A stretch of DNA of 39,703 nucleotides from a virus (Duplodnaviria; Caudoviricetes), in IMG/VR virus record IMGVR_UViG_3300025879_000002, positions 1 to 39,703 of that record. The stretch is one strand, 5' to 3'. Position numbers and translations under genes: made by a program. A model generated the notes under the pieces. The model saw nothing but the letters and a program-made list of their open reading frames with translations, was not told the DNA's origin and did not search any database. Below, in pieces: positions 33,596 through 39,703 of this stretch; position 1 is the stretch's first letter, and each line of letters opens with the position of its first letter.

Positions 33596-33919
33596 ATGGC
33601 AAATAATTTTAATAGTACAACGGCTAGCTTAACAGATAGCACACTTACAACTGTTAAAACTACTACATCAAATAAACAAGTTATGATTGGATGTTTAGTT
33701 TCAAACACAGGTGGCTCAGCTATTTTGGTAGATGTAGTCTTAAATGATGGTTCTAACGATAGATACATTGTTAAACAAGCTCCAGTACCTACAGGTTCTT
33801 CATTAGAAGTCATCTCAGGTAAAGTAATTATTCCAAATGGTGGAGCTGTAAAAGTAAAATCTGATAATGCTTCTGGCAATGCAGATGTTATTATCTCAAC
33901 ACTAGAAGATGTAGCGTAA
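33596..33919 (+). CDS. Tail-fibre-associated small structural protein
   Basis: Beta-rich 107 aa protein following an AIALG-ending fibre. Confidence 0.6.
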   Translation: MANNFNSTTASLTDSTLTTVKTTTSNKQVMIGCLVSNTGGSAILVDVVLNDGSNDRYIVKQAPVPTGSSLEVISGKVIIPNGGAVKVKSDNASGNADVIISTLEDVA

Positions 33920-34707
33920 TGTATTTAGGAAACCAACCAGCTTTAGCTTACACAAGTTTTGCTAAACAGGATTTTACAACAAGTGCTACTACTTCGTACA
34001 CTTTAGATAATCCTGTTACAAATGAAAATGAGATTGCATTATTCATTAACTTTGTAAGACAAGAACCTACAACTGCATACACTGCAAGTGGCACAAGTTT
34101 AACTTTAACTTCTGCTACATCTGCAAGTGATGATATGTATTGTGTGTTTCTTGGAAAAGCGGTTCAAACAGTAAATCCACCTGCTGGTTCAGTTGGTATA
34201 TCTCAACTCTCTGCTACTGGTACAAAAGACAGCACAACATTTTTAAGAGGTGATAATACTTTTGCTAGTGCTGGTGGAGATAATACTCCAGCTTTTTTAG
34301 TAAGACTTTCTGCTAATCAAACTTTATCACATGATACTTTAACTAGAATTGCATGGGATACAGAGGACTATGATACAAATAATGCTTTTGCTTCAAATGT
34401 TTTTACAGTTCCAAGTGGAGAAGGTGGAAAATATGTTTTTAGTTACTGTGTGTATGGTGATGATAGTGATGATACAGATACCTATATTGCGTATATAGAA
34501 GTTGATGGTACAGCTAATCCTGATAGTAATACTGGTTTAGCTTCTCCAAGAACTGGACAAAATATGGTTTTAAGAGCAGTTACAATAATTACATTAACTG
34601 AAGGACAGGTTGTAGAAGTTGTTGCAAAACATCAAGGAACTAACCAAAATGAAGTAGTAAGGTCATCTGGTTCATTTTTTTCAGGATATAAATTAATAGG
34701 AGTTTAA
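33919..34707 (+). CDS. Distal tail fibre / receptor-binding protein with C1q-like C-terminus
   Basis: MYLGNQP start, TFLRGD, PAF..WDTEDYD..FTVP..GKY..FSGYKL. Confidence 0.7.
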   Translation: MYLGNQPALAYTSFAKQDFTTSATTSYTLDNPVTNENEIALFINFVRQEPTTAYTASGTSLTLTSATSASDDMYCVFLGKAVQTVNPPAGSVGISQLSATGTKDSTTFLRGDNTFASAGGDNTPAFLVRLSANQTLSHDTLTRIAWDTEDYDTNNAFASNVFTVPSGEGGKYVFSYCVYGDDSDDTDTYIAYIEVDGTANPDSNTGLASPRTGQNMVLRAVTIITLTEGQVVEVVAKHQGTNQNEVVRSSGSFFSGYKLIGV

Positions 34708-34710
34708 TAT

Positions 34711-35289
34711 ATGGCAATAACAAAATTAGTATCTGATAGTTTAGGAGCTGGTGTAGGTGGAAGTATGGTTAAACTTGCAAAACAAACTGCAAGTAGTGAT
34801 GCATCAATTTCTTTTGATGGATATTTTTCTGCTACTTATACTAATTATGTTTTGCATATTACTGATTTAAGTCCAGCTTCAGATGGTCAGTATCCAAAAA
34901 TGAGATTTAGAATAAATAATTCAAATGTATCTGATGGTTATTATGTTGGGTCTATTGGTAGAGCATATAGAACTTCTGGTGCAGATGGTGCTGATATGTC
35001 AAGGTCTTTTTATAATCAAACTGAAGGTGAAATTGCACAAGATACTGATAGTGTTGCGGCGTATACTTATAGCGGTATTGTTAATTTTATTAATCCATTA
35101 AACACTACAACAAATAAAAAAGTTATGTTTGATGGAGTTCATTATAATACAGATGCTTCTGTATATATGAGAAATTATGGAACTTTTACTTATAGAGGAA
35201 GTTCAACTGCTTTAAGTGGTTTTACTTTATTTTATGGTTCAGGAAATGTTGAAAGAGGAACATTTACTTTATATGGAGTTGCAGACTAA
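34711..35289 (+). CDS. Tail fibre tip-like protein
   Basis: KLAKQTASS..FSATYTNY...GTFTLYG beta-sandwich pattern. Confidence 0.6.
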   Translation: MAITKLVSDSLGAGVGGSMVKLAKQTASSDASISFDGYFSATYTNYVLHITDLSPASDGQYPKMRFRINNSNVSDGYYVGSIGRAYRTSGADGADMSRSFYNQTEGEIAQDTDSVAAYTYSGIVNFINPLNTTTNKKVMFDGVHYNTDASVYMRNYGTFTYRGSSTALSGFTLFYGSGNVERGTFTLYGVAD

Positions 35290-35588
35290 TGGCTACAAAA
35301 TTAATTAATGGAATAAGATATAATCTAACTGCTGAAGAAATAGCACAAAGACAAGCTGAAGAAACAGCATGGAACGCTGGTGCATTTGATAGAGCAATAG
35401 AAAATTTAAGAGCCAAAAGAAATAAATTATTACAAGACACAGATTACATTGTAACTATGAACCTTGAAGCTGGTAATACCATTCCTGCTGAATGGGTAAC
35501 ATACAGACAAAGTTTAAGAGATTTAACCAACGGACTTACTACAGTTGAACAAGTCAATGCAGTAGTATATCCTACAAAACCAGAATAA
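35289..35588 (+). CDS. Tail fibre assembly chaperone-like protein
   Basis: RxKRNKLLxxTD...WxxYRQSLRDL...PxKP. Confidence 0.75.
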   Translation: MATKLINGIRYNLTAEEIAQRQAEETAWNAGAFDRAIENLRAKRNKLLQDTDYIVTMNLEAGNTIPAEWVTYRQSLRDLTNGLTTVEQVNAVVYPTKPE

Positions 35589-35591
35589 CAC

Positions 35592-36410
35592 ATGGCATAT
35601 ATAGGCAGAGGAACAGATAAGTTAAGCGACATTGAAAAGTTAGATACCATAACTTTTGATGGAAGCTCATCTTATACATTACAAAAGAACAGCGTAAACT
35701 TTACGCCTTCTAGTGCCAATAATTTACAAGTGTCTATTGATGGTGTGGTACAAGCTGGTAACTTTACGGTATCAGGTTCAACCATAGACTTTGGAACAGC
35801 AGTTCCTGGTACTTCTACAAATGATTTTATCTTCCATTATGGAACAGGATTGATTACCACTCCTGCTGATGGAACAGTTACTACAGCTAAACTTGCAGAC
35901 TCTAGTGTTACAAGTGCTAAGTTATCTGGAGTTACACAAGGTATTACAATGGCAGACCAATGGAGATTAACTGCTACGACTAATTATAACACAAATGCTG
36001 ATGTTACTTCAAATTGGGAAAGAAATGATAGTGTTGGTTATGCTAGTTTAGGAACAGGATTAACTGAAAGTTCTGGTATATTTAGTTTTCCTCAAACAGG
36101 ATTATATTTTATAAATTTTCAAGCTAGAGTTAATATGGGTGGTTCAGAAAGCCATGCAGATTTTAATTTACATGTTACGACAGATAATTCTTCTTATACT
36201 AGAGTTACTGAAACCACCACAGGAAATGGTTCTACTACAACCAATGTAGCTGGTACTCTTTCAAATACTTATTTAATAAATGTAACTGATACTTCAAATG
36301 TTAAATTTAAATTTAAAACAGAAAGTTTTACTTCAACATCATCTGTTACAGGTACAACTACAAGACAAGAAACAGGATTTACAGTTTTAAGAATAGGAGA
36401 TAGCCAATAA
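35592..36410 (+). CDS. Second distal tail fibre / receptor-binding protein
   Basis: MAYIG start, VSIDGVVQ, VTTAKLAD repeats, GITMADQWR..SGIFSFPxTG. Confidence 0.7.
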   Translation: MAYIGRGTDKLSDIEKLDTITFDGSSSYTLQKNSVNFTPSSANNLQVSIDGVVQAGNFTVSGSTIDFGTAVPGTSTNDFIFHYGTGLITTPADGTVTTAKLADSSVTSAKLSGVTQGITMADQWRLTATTNYNTNADVTSNWERNDSVGYASLGTGLTESSGIFSFPQTGLYFINFQARVNMGGSESHADFNLHVTTDNSSYTRVTETTTGNGSTTTNVAGTLSNTYLINVTDTSNVKFKFKTESFTSTSSVTGTTTRQETGFTVLRIGDSQ

Positions 36411-36715
36411 TGGAAAGAGATTATTTACAAGAAGCCTTACAAACCTTTAACGAAACTAATGGTGTTAATTGGTACGGTTGGAAAAAGTTTGATGAACAAG
36501 GAAACAAAATACCTAATGACCAACGTATGTGCTATGAGTGCATAGAGATTATCAAAGAAGGTGCGACTATGCCATCTAAAGCAGAAGTAGAAGCTAAGAT
36601 TGCAGAAATAAAACAAGCAGAACAAGACGCAATTAATAAAAAAGCATCTGCTAAACAAAAACTAATTGATTTAGGTTTAACCGAAGAAGAAATTAAATCG
36701 CTATTAGGAATATAA
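36410..36715 (+). CDS. Fibre partner / chaperone-like protein
   Basis: KASAKQKLIDLGLTEEEI C-terminus, coupled to the previous gene. Confidence 0.6.
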   Translation: MERDYLQEALQTFNETNGVNWYGWKKFDEQGNKIPNDQRMCYECIEIIKEGATMPSKAEVEAKIAEIKQAEQDAINKKASAKQKLIDLGLTEEEIKSLLGI

Positions 36716-36742
36716 TTTAAAAACAATAATAAGGAGAAAACT

Positions 36743-36889
36743 ATGTGGGACACTAATATGTTCAAAGACTTTGACCCATTAAATTACAATGCGGTGAAAA
36801 AGAATATTAATAACTTTAATGAAAAAGTTGTAGAGTTCTGGAAAGACTTTTACAATGACGTATTTAACAACATTAAGAAAGATGGCTAG
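36743..36889 (+). CDS. Small hypothetical (48 aa), not in ORF track
   Basis: AAGGAG RBS. MWDTNMFKDFDPLNYNAVKKNINNFNEKVVEFWKDFYNDVFNNIKKDG. Confidence 0.7.
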   Translation: MWDTNMFKDFDPLNYNAVKKNINNFNEKVVEFWKDFYNDVFNNIKKDG

Positions 36890-37064
36890 AAATAAATCAA
36901 CAACTGACGTTAAGATAGAGCAGCTATGCCGAGAAGTAAAAGAGCTACGTACAGAAGTTCAATCTTTAACTAAAACAGTATCTTTTGGTAAAGGTGCTGT
37001 GTGGGTGTTGATTTTATTAGGGTCTATTGTTGGCGGTGCTTACAATTTTATCGTAGGTAAGTAA
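36882..37064 (+). CDS. Coiled-coil protein with C-terminal TM segment
   Basis: Probable start 36882 (MARNK). GKGAVWVLILLG TM segment. Confidence 0.7.
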   Translation: MARNKSTTDVKIEQLCREVKELRTEVQSLTKTVSFGKGAVWVLILLGSIVGGAYNFIVGK

Positions 37065-37279
37065 TGTTTAAATTAATAGGCACAGTCTGCATCTTAGCAA
37101 TAAACAATAATCAATTTGATTTATGTTTTAAAGCAGGAGAAACAGGTGGGGAATACAAGACATTAGAAGAGTGTAGAGATATAGGTAAACAAATAGTTGA
37201 CCTTGTTCAGGAAGATTTAAAAACAAGAAATTTAAAAGTAATATTAACTTGTAAACCACCTACATATAACGGAGCATAA
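37064..37279 (+). CDS. Small Cys-containing hypothetical protein
   Basis: TAATG coupling, four Cys. Confidence 0.65.
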   Translation: MFKLIGTVCILAINNNQFDLCFKAGETGGEYKTLEECRDIGKQIVDLVQEDLKTRNLKVILTCKPPTYNGA

Positions 37280-37280
37280 C

Positions 37281-37658
37281 ATGTGGTTATCAGCAATTAA
37301 ATTAGCGTTTCAAGCAGGCAGCCATATTTATAAAAATAGACAAAAAACTAAGATGTTAATGGCAGATGCACAAATGCGTCATGCTGAGAAGATGGCTAAT
37401 GGTGAAGCTGAGTATCAAGGTAAACTATTAGAGGCCAGACAAAGTGACTGGAAAGACGAATTTATACTTATATTGTTAAGTTTACCCATAGGGTTACTTG
37501 CATGGGCAGTATTTAGCGAAGACCCTACAGCTATGGATAAAATGAAGTTGTTTTTTGAGTATTTCGCACAGCTTCCCTTTTGGTATCAAACCATATTTGT
37601 AGGAGTGATAGCTAGTGTATATGGTTTAAAAGCCACTGATTTAATTAAAAGGAAATAA
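37281..37658 (+). CDS. Holin-like membrane protein
   Basis: SDWKDEF, two hydrophobic segments, basic C-terminus, lysis-region position. Confidence 0.6.
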   Translation: MWLSAIKLAFQAGSHIYKNRQKTKMLMADAQMRHAEKMANGEAEYQGKLLEARQSDWKDEFILILLSLPIGLLAWAVFSEDPTAMDKMKLFFEYFAQLPFWYQTIFVGVIASVYGLKATDLIKRK

Positions 37659-37660
37659 TT

Positions 37661-37795
37661 ATGGACACTAAAGACTTTAAAAAACTTATTGCAGAACAGA
37701 CAGCAACAAGACATAAAAAATCTTTATCTGTTTATTCTTATAAACAAAGACAAAGCAGACCAAGAGTTAAAAAAGATATATTAAGAGATAAATGA
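37661..37795 (+). CDS. Small basic protein (44 aa), not in ORF track
   Basis: MDTKDFKKLIAEQTATRHKKSLSVYSYKQRQSRPRVKKDILRDK, ATGA overlap. Confidence 0.6.
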   Translation: MDTKDFKKLIAEQTATRHKKSLSVYSYKQRQSRPRVKKDILRDK

Positions 37796-38007
37796 CTGAA
37801 AGTGATTTAAGAGTTGTAGAAGAAAAAATTGATAACTTAGAAGATAATGTTATGCATAAACTTCGTAACAATGAAAATCAACTTAAGTTTATCTATGACG
37901 ATATTAAAGACTTACAAGCTAAAATTAAATACTTTGTTATGGGTGCTTTAGCCTTATATGGATTAACACAAGGCGGCTTAATAGAATTTATTAAAGGATT
38001 AATGTAA
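37792..38007 (+). CDS. Coiled-coil protein with C-terminal TM segment
   Basis: Heptad pattern followed by a hydrophobic tail. Confidence 0.7.
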   Translation: MTESDLRVVEEKIDNLEDNVMHKLRNNENQLKFIYDDIKDLQAKIKYFVMGALALYGLTQGGLIEFIKGLM

Positions 38008-38189
38008 TGAAGATAGATTTTAAATATGTTGCTGGAATATTAGGCACTATTATTTTAGGTCTATCTACTTGGACACTTGTATCTATTGTAGATTTAAAAG
38101 AAGATAGCTCAATGATTAAAGGTGAATTATTGGGTATCAATAAAGATGTAGGAAGATTGTATAATTATATTAACAGTAAGATGAAATAA
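38007..38189 (+). CDS. N-terminal TM plus short coiled-coil protein
   Basis: YVAGILGTIILGLSTWTLVSIV, TAATG coupling. Confidence 0.7.
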   Translation: MKIDFKYVAGILGTIILGLSTWTLVSIVDLKEDSSMIKGELLGINKDVGRLYNYINSKMK

Positions 38190-38314
38190 TGTTTAGCGGA
38201 GAAGACCCATTTAGATATGACAAAGAACAAGACAAAAGAAAAGGCATGTCACCTATCCAGTTCTTTGTTTTATTTTTAGTTATATGGTATGTATTTGCTC
38301 ATCACTTTTTTTAA
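38189..38314 (+). CDS. Small TM peptide (41 aa), not in ORF track
   Basis: MFSGEDPFRYDKEQDKRKGMSPIQFFVLFLVIWYVFAHHFF, TAATG coupling. Confidence 0.6.
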   Translation: MFSGEDPFRYDKEQDKRKGMSPIQFFVLFLVIWYVFAHHFF

Positions 38315-38385
38315 AAATTTATGATTAACGCAGGCTCATTTCAAGAATATGATTACAACAATGAAAACCAAGAATGTGAGTGGAA

Positions 38386-38631
38386 ATGAAAATTAGATTT
38401 TATCAAGACTTAACAGGTATTAGATGGCTAGGATTTATAATAGCATTTATAGGTGTATTTATTTTATCTGATGCTAACCCTGCAACACAGTTGTATGGCT
38501 GGGGTGTAAGTTTAGTATCTTGTTTTATCTGGGTATATGTAGGATTTAAAGATAAAGATATTGCTAGAACCTGTATGGAACTTATGTATGTTCTTGTAGG
38601 TATTAGAGCAATGATAAATTGGTATAATTAA
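38386..38631 (+). CDS. Three-TM membrane protein, half-PnuC-like
   Basis: W..G / GW...IW / Y...W pattern across three helices. Confidence 0.55.
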   Translation: MKIRFYQDLTGIRWLGFIIAFIGVFILSDANPATQLYGWGVSLVSCFIWVYVGFKDKDIARTCMELMYVLVGIRAMINWYN

Positions 38632-38760
38632 ATGGCTAAAAAATTAAAAACAGTTGAAATAAGAGAGATAAACAGAAGAAAACGTAAAGGCAGACACACA
38701 AAAACACCAAATAAATCAAAGACTTATAAGAAATATAGAGGACAAGGGCGTGGAAAATAG
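38632..38760 (+). CDS. Basic peptide (42 aa) ending KKYRGQGRGK, not in ORF track
   Basis: MAKKLKTVEIREINRRKRKGRHTKTPNKSKTYKKYRGQGRGK. Confidence 0.75.
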   Translation: MAKKLKTVEIREINRRKRKGRHTKTPNKSKTYKKYRGQGRGK

Positions 38761-38770
38761 ACCAATAGAA

Positions 38771-39040
38771 ATGACTGAGAAGAAATGCGGTAACTGTGGT
38801 GCAACTGGGAGTGAATATACTTCATGTGATTGTAATAAACAATCTGATTTAGATAAGATTATAAAAGAACTACCACAATTATTAGTTACACATGCATACG
38901 CAAAGTTAAAGTCAGGTGAAAACTTGACAGCTTCTGAGATGAAAGTTTGCTTAGACGTATGTAAGACATATAGTTCTGACAGTTTACAAAAAAAGCCAGA
39001 CAACATTTTAGATGATGTCCCTTTTGACACTGATGAATAG
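38771..39040 (+). CDS. terS: Terminase small subunit (gp18 position)
   Basis: Directly upstream of and overlapping terL, TASE..V helix, D-x-PF tail. Start could be 38750. Confidence 0.65.
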   Translation: MTEKKCGNCGATGSEYTSCDCNKQSDLDKIIKELPQLLVTHAYAKLKSGENLTASEMKVCLDVCKTYSSDSLQKKPDNILDDVPFDTDE

Positions 39041-39703
39041 TAAGATTAAAAACTTTAAGAATTTTTTGTATCTGTGTTGGAAACATTTAAACTTACCAGA
39101 GCCAACACCTGTACAATACGATATTGCTGATTACTTACAGTCAGACGAGAAGAGACTTGTGATAGAAGCCTTTAGGGGAGTTGGTAAGTCATGGATTACA
39201 TCTGCATTTGTATGTCATCAATTATTATTAAATCCACAAAGAAACATACTTGTGGTATCAGCTTCAAAATCTAGGGCGGATGACTTTAGTACATTCACAC
39301 AGAGACTGATAGGTGAGATGCCTATACTAAAGCATCTTGTCCCTAGAGATAATCAAAGAAGTTCTAAGGTGAGCTTTGATGTAGCACCTGCGACAGCCAG
39401 TCATGCACCATCAGTTAAGTCTATGGGTATCACAGGTCAATTAACAGGTTCACGTGCAGATTTAATTATTGCGGATGACGTAGAGTCAGCTAATAACTCA
39501 CAAACGCAACTTATGCGTGATAGATTAAGTGAGACAGTAAAAGAATTTGATGCAATCATTAAACCTAACGTAGGAAGAATTATATTTCTTGGTACACCAC
39601 AAACTGAGATGTCATTATACAATGATTTAGAAGAACGTGGTTATAAGACTAAGATATGGACAGCTTTATATCCAACTAAAGAGCAACTTACAGGCTATGG
39701 ACA
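39033..39703 (+). CDS. terL: Terminase large subunit, N-terminal ATPase part (continues at 128), not in ORF track
   Basis: MNSKIKNFKNFLYLCWKHLNLPEPTPVQYDIA, Walker A AFRGVGKS, Walker B LIIADDVE. Confidence 0.96.
   Translation, partial: MNSKIKNFKNFLYLCWKHLNLPEPTPVQYDIADYLQSDEKRLVIEAFRGVGKSWITSAFVCHQLLLNPQRNILVVSASKSRADDFSTFTQRLIGEMPILKHLVPRDNQRSSKVSFDVAPATASHAPSVKSMGITGQLTGSRADLIIADDVESANNSQTQLMRDRLSETVKEFDAIIKPNVGRIIFLGTPQTEMSLYNDLEERGYKTKIWTALYPTKEQLTGYG
39577..39703. repeat. Terminal overlap identical to 1-127
   Basis: Exact 127-nt identity. Confidence 0.95.

Noticed and set aside
1702-39622. Other minus-strand and nested alternative-frame ORFs in the track
   Set aside because: They overlap well-supported + strand genes or the end region and lack recognisable motifs. 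T7-like genomes are unidirectional.
1-39703. tRNA genes, introns, inteins, homing endonucleases, reverse transcriptase, stop-codon recoding
   Set aside because: None seen by eye. Core genes are uninterrupted, of normal length, and read with the standard bacterial code.

Overview
The window is an apparently complete, circularly permuted, AT-rich T7-like podovirus genome (Autographiviridae). Bases 1-127 repeat exactly at 39577-39703, so the unit length is 39,576 bp and the terminase gene is split across the ends. All credible genes are on the + strand. The order is: probable genome-end region and short repeats, small early genes, single-subunit RNA polymerase, replication module (SSB, endonuclease I, gp3.5-like amidase, primase/helicase, PolA, exonuclease, SpeD-like decarboxylase, class Ia RNR), head/tail/core genes, a modular tail-fibre cassette, small membrane proteins with a holin-like gene, terminase, and a pesticin-type muramidase. 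Gene content resembles marine HTVC019P-type pelagiphages (a SAR11 host is inference only), but no integrase is visible. The main find is three complete type I hammerhead ribozymes (3260-3325, 3954-4012, 4420-4481) in the early operon. Each starts at the stop codon of one gene and would cleave just upstream of the next gene's RBS. This suggests a self-processing, and possibly self-circularising, early mRNA in place of T7's RNase III processing. Other points of interest are a family of phage RNAP promoters (one directly ahead of the RNAP gene), an amidase with a degenerate active site, two candidate SAM-consuming enzymes, and a cluster of tiny basic proteins. All calls come from reading the sequence and recognising motifs. 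No searches or folding programs were run.
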